From Actinomycetes bacterium (GTDB lineage Bacteria; Actinomycetota; Acidimicrobiia; Acidimicrobiales; Aldehydirespiratoraceae), in the NCBI GenBank assembly GCA_024276495.1, contig JAJRXC010000107.1, positions 29,025 through 93,024 on the forward strand: DNA of 64,000 nucleotides, in the 5' to 3' direction. Shown piece after piece: positions 49,943-58,562 of this stretch (its first letter is position 1; every line of letters begins with the position of its first letter). A program made the translations under genes and the position numbers. The notes beneath the pieces are model-generated. The model was not told where the DNA came from, made no database searches, and worked only from the letters and a program-made list of their open reading frames with translations.

Positions 49943-50031
49943 GTCACAGAGTCTTCCACTCCCCGCCACCGAAGCGCGCCGCGGTCCTTGGATAGGGTGC
50001 GACCACGGTGAAATCGGTCGAGGAGGGAACC

Positions 50032-50643
50032 ATGGAGCTCACCATTGACGGGATCGACAACGGACAACCGGTGCCGGCACGCCACGCGTTCTGTGTGGGC
50101 GATGGAATGGGCGACAACATCAGTCCGGCGCTGCGATGGCGCGACATCCCCGACGGCACCCGATCGATCGCGGTCACCTGCACCGACCCGGACGTCCCCA
50201 GCGACCCCACCGACGTGAACCAACAGGGGCGCACGGTTCCCGACGATCTCCCCCGCATCACCTTCGCCCACTGGCTGCTCGTCGACCTGCCGGCCGAGAC
50301 GACCGGCATCGACGAGGGCGCCGAGGGCTCGGGCATCGTGGCCAGAGGGAAGCCGGTCGAGGATGCGCCGGTCGGCGGCGTCCGCGGCGCCAACGACTTC
50401 ACGTCGTGGTTCGCGGGCGACGAGGACATGGACGGAACCTACGGAGGTTACGACGGTCCCTGCCCCCCGTGGAACGACTCGATCATGCATCACTACACGT
50501 GGACGGTCCATGCCCTCGACGTGGCGACACTGGGGCTGGCTCCCGGCTTTCGGCTGGCCGACTTCGAGGCGGCCGCCGACGGTCACGTGTTGGCCACCGC
50601 GAGCGTGACCGCGCGCTACAGCCTCAACCCCGAGGTCGGCTGA
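50032..50643 (+). CDS. YbhB/YbcL-family PEBP (Raf-kinase-inhibitor-like) protein
   Basis: AGGAGGG lies upstream of ATG 50032. SPALRWRDIPDGTRSIAVTCTDPDVP...FAHWLLVDLP...YDGPCPP...HHYTWTVHALD. Confidence 0.85.
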   Translation: MELTIDGIDNGQPVPARHAFCVGDGMGDNISPALRWRDIPDGTRSIAVTCTDPDVPSDPTDVNQQGRTVPDDLPRITFAHWLLVDLPAETTGIDEGAEGSGIVARGKPVEDAPVGGVRGANDFTSWFAGDEDMDGTYGGYDGPCPPWNDSIMHHYTWTVHALDVATLGLAPGFRLADFEAAADGHVLATASVTARYSLNPEVG

Positions 50644-50647
50644 CCCG

Positions 50648-51559
50648 GTGGCCACGGCGATCGAGGTGCGCGGCCTCGTCAAGACCTACGGCGAATCCCG
50701 AGCGGTCGACGGCATCAGCTTCTCGGTCGAGGAGGGCGAGGTCTTCGCGATCCTCGGCCCCAACGGTGCCGGCAAATCGACGACGGTCGAGATCCTCGAG
50801 GGGCATCGCGACCCGACCGACGGCGAGGTCTCCGTGCTCGGCATCGACCCATCGCGCGGCGGCCGCTCCTTTCGCGACCGGATCGGGATCGTGTTGCAAT
50901 CGGCCGGGATCGATCGTGAGCTGAGCGTGCGTGAGGTGCTCGACTTCTACGGGGCGGCCTATTCCTCTCGGCGACCGACCGACGAACTGATCGAGCTCGT
51001 CGAGCTCGGTGAGAAGGCCGACGACCGAGTGGGCACGTTGTCCGGTGGTCAACAACGGCGAGTCGACCTGGCGCTCGGGCTGGTCGGAGACCCGGAGTTG
51101 ATCTTCCTCGACGAGCCGACGACCGGCTTCGATCCGGGTGCCCGTCGCCGCAGCTGGGATCTGATCACCAACCTCCGTTCGTTGGGTCGAACCATCGTCT
51201 TGACGACCCACTATCTCGACGAGGCCGAGCATCTCGCCGACCGTGTCGCGGTGCTCTCCGAAGGAAGAATCGTGGCCGAGGGATCGCCGGCCTCGCTCCG
51301 TTCGTCGTTCGGGAGCGGCACGACGATCAGCTTCGATCTCCCGGCGGTCGACGGCTCACTCTCCGATCTCCTCGATCCGTTGACCGGGGAGGTTCGGGGC
51401 CGGGATCGGCGAATCGAGATCCTGACCTCTTCGCCCACGAGCGATCTCGCCCACATCACGACGTGGGCCGTCGCCCACGATCTCGAGCTCGGATCGCTAC
51501 AGGTCGCGTCGACCGACCTGGAAGACGTCTACCTCCAGCTCGTCGGCGGGGACACATGA
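50648..51559 (+). CDS. ABC transporter ATP-binding protein (ABC-2/DrrA-type exporter)
   Basis: Walker A GPNGAGKST, signature LSGGQQRR, Walker B LIFLDEPTTGFD. Confidence 0.9.
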   Translation: MATAIEVRGLVKTYGESRAVDGISFSVEEGEVFAILGPNGAGKSTTVEILEGHRDPTDGEVSVLGIDPSRGGRSFRDRIGIVLQSAGIDRELSVREVLDFYGAAYSSRRPTDELIELVELGEKADDRVGTLSGGQQRRVDLALGLVGDPELIFLDEPTTGFDPGARRRSWDLITNLRSLGRTIVLTTHYLDEAEHLADRVAVLSEGRIVAEGSPASLRSSFGSGTTISFDLPAVDGSLSDLLDPLTGEVRGRDRRIEILTSSPTSDLAHITTWAVAHDLELGSLQVASTDLEDVYLQLVGGDT

Positions 51560-52386
51560 CCCGACGGTCCACCCCCGCCCTCGTGCTGCTCCACATCCGG
51601 GCCCAGAACCGTCTGTTCTGGCGGGTCCCGATCGGTGCGTTCTTCACCCTCGCGTTGCCCGTGATCATGTTGGTGCTGTTCGTCGCCCTGTTCGGCAACG
51701 AGCCCGAGGGCAGCGTCGTGGGCACCATCACCCCGGCCCAGTTCTACACGCCGGCCCTCGCCGTGTTCTCCGTCGGTTCCGCCACCTACACCAACATCGC
51801 GATCAACTTGTCCACCCGGCGAGAGGAGGGCATCCTCCGCCGGGTGAGGGGCACACCGCTTCCTCCCTGGGTCTACATGGCCGGCGCGGTCGGCTCGGCC
51901 GTCTGGATCGGCGTCATCGCCCTCGTCGTGATGGTGGGGCTCGGCGTGATCGCCTACGACGTGAACCTCGAGGTGGCCAAGCTCCCGGCGATGGCCCTCA
52001 CGTTCGTGGTCGGCTCGATGTGTTTCGCGATGCTGGGCATCGCGTTGGCGGGAGTGGCCAAGTCGGCCTCGTCCGCCTCGGCGCTGGCCAACGCGACGAT
52101 CCTCCCGATGGCGTTCATCTCGAACATCTTCATCAACCTCGGCACCAATCCCCCCGAGTGGCTCCAGGTGCTCGGTGACCTGCTGCCCCTGCGCCACTTC
52201 GGGCTCGCGTTCGCGGAGGCCATGAGCCCGTTCAGCGAGACGCCGGCGATCCTGTGGGATCGACTCGGCGTGCTCCTCTTGTGGACCGCGGTCGGTGCGC
52301 TGCTCGCCCGTTGGCGGTTCCGATGGGATCCCGTTCCCGGGGCGAACGGCCGGACGACTCGTCGCGGGCGGAGGACGACCGCCTGA
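51556..52386 (+). CDS. ABC-2-type transporter permease
   Basis: ATGA overlap with the ATPase gene. 6 TM segments, typical ABC-2 length (276 aa). Confidence 0.85.
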   Translation: MTRRSTPALVLLHIRAQNRLFWRVPIGAFFTLALPVIMLVLFVALFGNEPEGSVVGTITPAQFYTPALAVFSVGSATYTNIAINLSTRREEGILRRVRGTPLPPWVYMAGAVGSAVWIGVIALVVMVGLGVIAYDVNLEVAKLPAMALTFVVGSMCFAMLGIALAGVAKSASSASALANATILPMAFISNIFINLGTNPPEWLQVLGDLLPLRHFGLAFAEAMSPFSETPAILWDRLGVLLLWTAVGALLARWRFRWDPVPGANGRTTRRGRRTTA

Positions 52387-52444
52387 CAGCTGGCGAAGTC
52401 TGCGTCGAAGTGGGAATGTGCGCCTGCGCCAGAGGAGGCACGAC

Positions 52445-53581
52445 GTGCTGAGCAAGTTCGACGACTATCCGATTCATCAGACACCGGATCCGATCGCCCA
52501 TCCGGCCTCGAGTGACAAGGACGTGTACGAGCGCTACTGGTTCAACGGGTACAGCCGGTCCGGCGACATGTACCTCGGAATCGGCACCGCCCTGTATCCC
52601 CATCTCGGTCTGCACGACTGCGGCATCTCGATCGTGTACGAGGGGGTGCAGTACGCCTTCCACGCGTCGGCCCGGGCCTCGAAGGAGCCGAGTGATCTCC
52701 GCATCGGGCCATTCGATCTCGAGCTCACCGAACCGATGAAGGCGTGCCGGGTCACGCTCGAATCCAACGAGACCGACTTCGCGTGCGACCTGCGGTTCGA
52801 AGGTCGAACCGGATGCATCGAGGAGCCTCGTCATCACCTCGGCTCCGGTCTGCGCAAGATGATGGACACGACCCGATTCACCCAGCTCGGTCGCTGGAGC
52901 GGTTGGATCGAGTTCGGCGGGAAACGGCTCGATCTCGACCGCGACGACACGTGGGGCACCAAGGACCGATCATGGGGCCATCGTCCGCTGATCGGCGGCG
53001 ACACGCGGGGGGCACCGCAACCACCGGCCATGAACGGGCTGTTCTTCTTGTGGGCGCCGCTGCACTTCGACGACCTGTGCCTGCACTACCAGCTCTTCGA
53101 GGACACACTTGGGCGGCCGCTGTTCAGCGTCGGCGCCAAGCTCCCCGTGTACGACTCGATCGCCGAGATTCCCGGAATCGAGGACGAGTCGGTCGAGCAC
53201 ATGCGCAACCTCGAGCACGACGTCACCTTCGCGTCGGGCAGTCGGATGATCACCGCGGCAACGATCGCCTTCACGTCGCTGACCGATGGTGAACGTCACG
53301 AGGTCGAGCTCGAACCGATCTTCACGTTTCGGATGAAGGGGATCGGCTACTCGCATCCGTTGTGGGTCCACGGGCGATGGCACGACGAGCTGGCGATGGA
53401 GAGTGAGCGCTGGTCACTCGATTCCGTCGATCCGACGGCCTACGAGAACCAGCACGTCCAGCATCTCGTGCGGGCTCGTTACGACGGACGGGTCGGCATC
53501 GGCGTGCTCGAACAGAACATTCTCGGTCCGCACAAGCCCTACGGCCTGGAGGGGGCGTTCGACGCGCCGACCCACGACTGA
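52445..53581 (+). CDS. Conserved hypothetical protein (soluble, beta-rich; no family I can name with confidence)
   Basis: GGAGG (52434-52438) lies 6 nt before GTG 52445. 378 aa starting VLSKFDDYPIHQTPDPIAHPASSDKDVYERYWFNGYS. Confidence 0.7.
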   Translation: MLSKFDDYPIHQTPDPIAHPASSDKDVYERYWFNGYSRSGDMYLGIGTALYPHLGLHDCGISIVYEGVQYAFHASARASKEPSDLRIGPFDLELTEPMKACRVTLESNETDFACDLRFEGRTGCIEEPRHHLGSGLRKMMDTTRFTQLGRWSGWIEFGGKRLDLDRDDTWGTKDRSWGHRPLIGGDTRGAPQPPAMNGLFFLWAPLHFDDLCLHYQLFEDTLGRPLFSVGAKLPVYDSIAEIPGIEDESVEHMRNLEHDVTFASGSRMITAATIAFTSLTDGERHEVELEPIFTFRMKGIGYSHPLWVHGRWHDELAMESERWSLDSVDPTAYENQHVQHLVRARYDGRVGIGVLEQNILGPHKPYGLEGAFDAPTHD

Positions 53582-53602
53582 CGACCCGGGCCGGGTGCGG
53601 GC

Positions 53603-54409
53603 TCAGCCGCCGGTCGTGGGGTACTGCTCGGCCGGCAACGTGGTGGTCGGAGTGACGGGATAGGTCGGGCCGGCTCGCAGGAACACCCCGATCGGCTCGG
53701 AGTCCTCGATCTGGGTGCCGGAGACCGCGTCGATGCTCTCGGCGCTGGGCCCGACGGTCGTGTCGACGACGATGGCGAAGACCTGGGCGACGCCCGGCCC
53801 GTCGAACAGGTCGATGACCGTCTGTGACCCGTCGGAGTGCTCGATGGTCAAGGCGACGATCTCGGGATCGACCCGGCCCCAGAGGTAGCCGAAGACCCGT
53901 TCTCCGTCGACGACGCCGATCGAAACGCTCATGGCATCGTCCATCTCGTCGATCCCGCCGTCGGGTCGCAGGCAGTCGGCCACGCCGTCGCCGAGGAGCT
54001 CGGCGATCGCCGGATCCGCGTTGGTGAGGTCGGCGTTGAAACACAGCTCGGTGGGCGTGCCCGTCAGCTCCCATGAGACGGTCGTGCCCGCGGCACTCGT
54101 CACCGAGCCCGTAGTGATGGTGCCGGTGGTGGATGGTGTCGCCGCCGTGGTCGGTGGTGTGGTGGTCGGCGTCGGCTGTGGGGGTGAGATGTCGTCGGTC
54201 GGCCCGGTCGTGGAGGTCGCCGTCTCCACGTCGACATCGACGTCGTCGACGGGCCCGGTCGATGTCGTGTCGTCGACGGGCCCGGTCGATGTCGTGTCGT
54301 CGACGGTCGGATAGTCGGACGCGGCGTCGTCGGATCCGGATCCGCAGGCCGCGACCACCAGTGTGAGGGCGATGCCGGCGAAGAGCTGTGTCGACCAGTG
54401 AGTTCTCAC
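53603..54409 (-). CDS. Lipoprotein with a Thr/Pro/Asp-rich repetitive linker (hypothetical)
   Basis: GTG 54409. Signal and lipobox (LTLVVAAC-GS). Repeated VDDTTSTGP, a PTTTPPTTAATPSTT linker, and a C-terminal globular domain. Confidence 0.75.
   Translation of the reverse strand: MRTHWSTQLFAGIALTLVVAACGSGSDDAASDYPTVDDTTSTGPVDDTTSTGPVDDVDVDVETATSTTGPTDDISPPQPTPTTTPPTTAATPSTTGTITTGSVTSAAGTTVSWELTGTPTELCFNADLTNADPAIAELLGDGVADCLRPDGGIDEMDDAMSVSIGVVDGERVFGYLWGRVDPEIVALTIEHSDGSQTVIDLFDGPGVAQVFAIVVDTTVGPSAESIDAVSGTQIEDSEPIGVFLRAGPTYPVTPTTTLPAEQYPTTGG
54244..54306. repeat. 27-bp perfect tandem repeat (2.3 copies) inside the lipoprotein gene
   Basis: CGTCGACGGGCCCGGTCGATGTCGTGT occurs at 54244-54270 and 54271-54297, then a partial copy runs to 54306. 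It encodes the repeated VDDTTSTGP on the minus strand. Confidence 0.9.
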
Positions 54410-54487
54410 GACGACACCCTAGGCAGTCTCGTCGCCGGCCCGCGGTCGCGTCCGCCCGGCGGGCGTGACGAGATTAGGGTCGACGGG

Positions 54488-55438
54488 GTGAACCCCGCGC
54501 CGAACCCCGAACCATCCGAACGCGAGTCGCCCACACCGGCGGCCTACGACGAGTTCGGGCTTCTCCACGAGAACGCGGCCGAGTACGGGATCTCGTTCGA
54601 CGCGGCCCCGGCCGTGCGCCGCGAGACGGTCTCGCTGGTCAACGGCTCGAAGCTGTCGGCCCTCGTGTGGGGTGAGGCCGATCCTGAGCTCGTCCTCATC
54701 CACGGCGGCGCGCAGAACGCCCACACATGGGACACGGTCGCGTTGGCGCTCGGCCGTCCGCTCGTGGCCGTCGATCTTCCCGGTCACGGCCACAGTGATC
54801 ACCGCCCGGAGCACGACTACAATCCGACGTCGATGGCGGCCGATGTCGCCCAGGCTGTCGCCCGGTTGGCTCCGAACGCCGCGGCGGTCGTCGGGATGTC
54901 GCTCGGAGGCATGACCGCGATCTGTCTCGCGGCCGAACATCCCGACCTCGTTCGCCGCCTCGGCGTCGTCGACGTCACCCCGGGGACCGATCACGCGAAG
55001 GCCGAACCGATCATCACCTTCGTCGACGGCCCCGAGTACTTCGCCGATTTCGAGGAGGTCCTCGCTCGCACGATCGAGTTCAATCCGGGCCGGAGCGAAC
55101 AGTCACTGCGTCGGGGGGTGCTCCACAACGCGTACGAGATGGACGACGGGCGCTGGACGTGGCGCTACGACCGGATGCGCGACTGGAAGGTCGGCGGTGG
55201 CGACGCGCCGTCGTTCGAGGACCTGTGGGACACGGTCGACCGGGTCCGGGTGCCGATCACGCTGTGGCAGGGCGGGGAATGGAGCGTCATCGGCGACGAC
55301 GACGTCGAAGAGTGGATGCGGCGCCGGCCCGACACCATCCACATCGTGGTCGACGGCGCCGGCCACTCGATCCAAGGTGACCGGCCGATGGAGATGGCCG
55401 GGTTGATCGAGGACCTGCTCAGCCGTCCGGTCGAGTGA
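54488..55438 (+). CDS. Alpha/beta-fold hydrolase
   Basis: LVLIHGGAQNAHTWD, nucleophile elbow GMSLGG, and C-terminal GAGHSIQGD (His). Start is uncertain: GTG 54488, or GTG 54398, which would overlap the divergent lipoprotein start. Confidence 0.8.
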   Translation: MNPAPNPEPSERESPTPAAYDEFGLLHENAAEYGISFDAAPAVRRETVSLVNGSKLSALVWGEADPELVLIHGGAQNAHTWDTVALALGRPLVAVDLPGHGHSDHRPEHDYNPTSMAADVAQAVARLAPNAAAVVGMSLGGMTAICLAAEHPDLVRRLGVVDVTPGTDHAKAEPIITFVDGPEYFADFEEVLARTIEFNPGRSEQSLRRGVLHNAYEMDDGRWTWRYDRMRDWKVGGGDAPSFEDLWDTVDRVRVPITLWQGGEWSVIGDDDVEEWMRRRPDTIHIVVDGAGHSIQGDRPMEMAGLIEDLLSRPVE

Positions 55439-56138
55439 TCCCGACCACCGCGTCGAGCAGCCCGGTGTAGGGCACGAGCAGCCGGCGACCGTCGGCGGTC
55501 TCGATCTCCGCCTTCACCCCGTGGAGCTCGACGATCGTGCCGGTGGCGATCTCCGTGTCGACCCGGTCGCCGACGTGGAGCACGCGGCGCAGGGCGCGGC
55601 TCGCCGCGACCTCAGAAGCGACGGGACCGGACCCCGAGTAGGCGACGAGGGCGACGGTGAGCGCGGTGCCGAAGAAGAGTGCGGCGGCGGCCAGGGTGAG
55701 GATCAGGGTGTCGATGCCGAGCTGTGCCGCCGCGATGAGCCCGCCCATGAACAAGATCCCGCCCTTCACGACCGGCGGCACCCGGCGGCGGATCGTGTCG
55801 GAGACGTGACCGAGCGATCGCTCGAGCGCGGCCACGACGAAGGTCGCGGCGATGTTCGCGACGATCACGACGATGGCCGCCGACAGCGCCTTGGGCACAT
55901 AGTCGATGAAGTCGTTGGGGAGATCGTCGACCGCCTGCTCGTCGACGAATCCGAGTGCGGTGATCAGCCCGATGATCACCGCGCCGGCGAAGAAGACGCC
56001 GGCGATCGGGCCCGCGGCGTCGCGCAGGGCCTCGGCCCGGCGATCCTTCGACAGCAATCCGCGAACGATCCGGGCCAGGATGCTGCCGATCACGATGCCG
56101 GCCCCGGCGGCGATGGCCGCGGCGACCCATTCGTTCAT
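55419..56138 (-). CDS. Membrane protein with an MscS-like C-terminal beta-domain (truncated mechanosensitive-channel-like)
   Basis: 239 aa with 4-5 TM segments, then LHVGDRVDTEIATGTIVELHGVKAEIETADGRRLLVPYTGLL, which resembles the MscS beta-barrel motif. ATGA overlap with the anti-sigma gene. Confidence 0.6.
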   Translation of the reverse strand: MNEWVAAAIAAGAGIVIGSILARIVRGLLSKDRRAEALRDAAGPIAGVFFAGAVIIGLITALGFVDEQAVDDLPNDFIDYVPKALSAAIVVIVANIAATFVVAALERSLGHVSDTIRRRVPPVVKGGILFMGGLIAAAQLGIDTLILTLAAAALFFGTALTVALVAYSGSGPVASEVAASRALRRVLHVGDRVDTEIATGTIVELHGVKAEIETADGRRLLVPYTGLLDAVVGITRPDG

Positions 56139-56443
56139 GTCTCGTCCTCCGTCATGAGGTTCCGAACCGTATCGAGTGGAATGCCCATCAGCTCGAGGAG
56201 GATCACGAGATCCTCCCGGGTCCGCATCGACTCGGTCATGCGGGCGCCGAGGCGGGCGACGAGATCATCGGGGGCCCGAAGGGAAGCGGAGAGGGCGGCG
56301 GACAGTTCCGGGAGCGGGGCGGCGATGTCCTCGATGCGGTTGGCGCAACGGGCGCATCCGGCGACGTGCGCGTCGACGTCGTCGGGTCCGCCTTCCTCGA
56401 GCCAGAGGCGGAGGGTGCGTGCCGTCGGGTGGAACCACCTCAT
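56135..56443 (-). CDS. Zinc-binding anti-sigma factor (ZAS family), soluble
   Basis: 102 aa. H-x3-C-x2-C motif (HVAGCARC). No TM segment. ATGA overlap with the sigma gene. Confidence 0.7.
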   Translation of the reverse strand: MRWFHPTARTLRLWLEEGGPDDVDAHVAGCARCANRIEDIAAPLPELSAALSASLRAPDDLVARLGARMTESMRTREDLVILLELMGIPLDTVRNLMTEDET

Positions 56444-56952
56444 GGGCGCCACCCTTCCAACGACGCGGCGAGGAGCCGCCGGGATCGCAGCAGACGGGTC
56501 TTGACGGTGGGGAGCGGGACGTCGAGGACCGCGGAGACCTCGTCGTAGGACAGACCCTCGACCTCGCGGAGGACGACGATGGCGCGGCTGAGCTCGTCGA
56601 GCGCGCCGAGCGCCTCCTCGAACGCATCGATCGACGCCCTGGCCTCGACCGTCGATTCGACGGACCGATCCGCGGGGTGCGCCTGTTCGGGAAGATCCCT
56701 CGGATCGACATGGACGTCGCGCCGTTTGCGCAAGGCGGAGATCGCGGTGTTGTGGGTGATGCGAAGAAGCCAGTTCTTGAGCGGTGAGTCGCCTCGAAAC
56801 GATGGCAAGGCCTGCCAGGCTTTCAACAGGGCGTCTTGGGCCACGTCTTCGGCGAGCTCGTGATCGCGGGTGACCGACAGGGCGACCCTATAGACGGCAT
56901 CGGCATGGCGTCGGGTGAGCTCGGCGAGCGCCTCGGCGGGCGCCATCGCCAT
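56440..56952 (-). CDS. ECF-type RNA polymerase sigma-70 factor
   Basis: Region 2 (AEDVAQDALLKAWQAL...WLLRITHN) and region 4 (LREVEGLSYDEVSAVLDVPLPTVKTRLLRSRRLL). Start at ATG 56952. Confidence 0.85.
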   Translation of the reverse strand: MAMAPAEALAELTRRHADAVYRVALSVTRDHELAEDVAQDALLKAWQALPSFRGDSPLKNWLLRITHNTAISALRKRRDVHVDPRDLPEQAHPADRSVESTVEARASIDAFEEALGALDELSRAIVVLREVEGLSYDEVSAVLDVPLPTVKTRLLRSRRLLAASLEGWRP

Positions 56953-57165
56953 GATGTCGGCATCGGGTCGAGCGGTCGGCGATGTCGGCGTCGTGGACCG
57001 CGACCCGGGTCCCGGTCCGGGCCCCGGCCCGATCGACGCGGCCGGGTCGAGCGCTCCGGCCAGCACGAGCAGACCCTCCCACCAGGGGAGCGTGGGCGCA
57101 GCGCCGCCGTCATGGGAGTTCCGACGCACGAGACGACCGGTTGGTCGCGGTTCGACATCGGCGGG

Positions 57166-57912
57166 TCAGGTGGCGGGGTCCAGCAGCCGGAACGCCTCGG
57201 CCAACGGCACGCCGCAGATCCGACCGTGGCGACGGGCATCCCCGAAGGTGCGTCGACGAAAGGCGTGGGTCTCGGAGCCGTCCTCGTCGGCGGTGATCGC
57301 CATCGTCGACTCGAACTGGCTCTCGTGGGCGAGGAGGGCCCGAACCTTCGCCTCCAGGTGATCGATGGTGACTGCCTCGTGGAGGTCGGGTTCTTCGCAT
57401 TCGAAGAGAAGAAGGTGATCGGGTCGATGATGGGGAACGTCGTGCTCGCGGTGGTAGTGCGGATCGCGAGCGGCGACCACCGCGTCGATCGTGAGGAATC
57501 CCGCGGCCCGGTGGTCGGGATGCATTCGCCAGCGCCGCCAGGGATCGTGGCCGAGGACGACGTCGGGCGTCAGTTCGCGGATGATCCGGGCGACCGCGCT
57601 GCGGCGCTCGACGCCGGTCGCCGTGATGTCGTGGTCGAGCTCACCGTCCTCGATGCCGAGGAAGCGGATCTCGCCGGTGACGCCGAGCCGGTCGGCCGCG
57701 GCCCGTTGCTCGTCTTGGCGACGCACGATCAGCGCGTCGGTGTCGGCGTCGGCATCCCATGTTCCCTTGCGGCCATCGGTGCACACGAGGAGGTGACACG
57801 TCGCGCCGGCCGCGCTCCACTTGGCCAGGGTGGCCCCGCACTCGAACTCGATGTCGTCGGGATGGGCACCGATCGCGAGGGCCGAGCTGGGAGTCGGAAG
57901 GTCGACACGCAT
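57166..57912 (-). CDS. PIG-L/LmbE-family N-acetylglucosaminyl deacetylase
   Basis: AIGAHPDDIEFECGATL and HPDHRAAG zinc-binding motifs. Confidence 0.8.
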   Translation of the reverse strand: MRVDLPTPSSALAIGAHPDDIEFECGATLAKWSAAGATCHLLVCTDGRKGTWDADADTDALIVRRQDEQRAAADRLGVTGEIRFLGIEDGELDHDITATGVERRSAVARIIRELTPDVVLGHDPWRRWRMHPDHRAAGFLTIDAVVAARDPHYHREHDVPHHRPDHLLLFECEEPDLHEAVTIDHLEAKVRALLAHESQFESTMAITADEDGSETHAFRRRTFGDARRHGRICGVPLAEAFRLLDPAT

Positions 57913-57913
57913 G

Positions 57914-58510
57914 TCAGCGCGGCTCCGGGACGCCGGCGACGGCTCGCCAGTCGTCGGGCAGATCGCAGGGGTCGTCGACGTCCCACGCCAGCGAGTCGTC
58001 GTCGACGATGGTCAGCGGCAACCCGAGTCGGTGTGCTTCGGCGCAGTGGCGGGCGAAAGACCCGGCGCCGTAGGCGAACTCGAAGCCCGAATCGGTCGGC
58101 ACACACATCACGTTCGATCCGTCGCGGCGGCGGTCGGGTGCGATGCACACCCCCGCACGGTCGAGCCCGGTCAAGTCGGCGGCCGCCGGCAGGTCGGCGT
58201 GGGCGACGATCACGCGGCCGAAGCCGAGATCGCTCGCGCGGTGCACCGCGGCCGCCACCGAAGGGTTCAACCCCCGGGCCCCGATCGTGAGCACCTCCAC
58301 TCGTCGTGCCCTCGCCCACTCGATGACGCCGGTGTCGTCGGTGACGATCCGGGTCGGGAGATTCCCGGCCGCGTGCACCACCTGTTGCGCCATCCACATC
58401 GACAACCGACGGCGGTCGTCGGCGTCGAGCGCACCGGCGAGCCGGGATTTGGCGTCGGTGAACGACCGGATCGGGATCAAGACGACGGTGTCGGCGGATG
58501 GTGACTGCAC
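57914..58510 (-). CDS. cofC: 2-phospho-L-lactate (phosphoenolpyruvate) guanylyltransferase, F420 biosynthesis
   Basis: VVLIPIRSFTDAKSRL, VAHADLPA, DGSNVMC and WDVDDPCDL match the CofC/FbiD pattern. It is divergent from gpsA, as I recall for mycobacteria. Confidence 0.78.
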   Translation of the reverse strand: MQSPSADTVVLIPIRSFTDAKSRLAGALDADDRRRLSMWMAQQVVHAAGNLPTRIVTDDTGVIEWARARRVEVLTIGARGLNPSVAAAVHRASDLGFGRVIVAHADLPAAADLTGLDRAGVCIAPDRRRDGSNVMCVPTDSGFEFAYGAGSFARHCAEAHRLGLPLTIVDDDSLAWDVDDPCDLPDDWRAVAGVPEPR

Positions 58511-58562
58511 GGCACGGGGAGTCTACGGGCCCGGAGATCGGTGCCAGGTCTAGGGTGGGCCG

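Noticed and set aside
54244-54306. CRISPR-like or minisatellite repeat
   Set aside because: There are only 2.3 directly abutting copies with no spacers, and the repeat lies in frame inside a coding region. It is a coding tandem duplication.
57118-57122. GGAAC on the minus strand as a possible autoregulated ECF -35 element
   Set aside because: No CGTT/GTC-type -10 lies at the expected 16-17 nt spacing, so a single pentamer is not evidence.
56953-57129. N-terminal extension of the ECF sigma ORF containing GPGPGPGPG
   Set aside because: It is a low-complexity translation of a GC-rich structured spacer. ECF region 2 begins right after M60/M62 and gives a normal 170-aa sigma, so the stretch was treated as 5' UTR.
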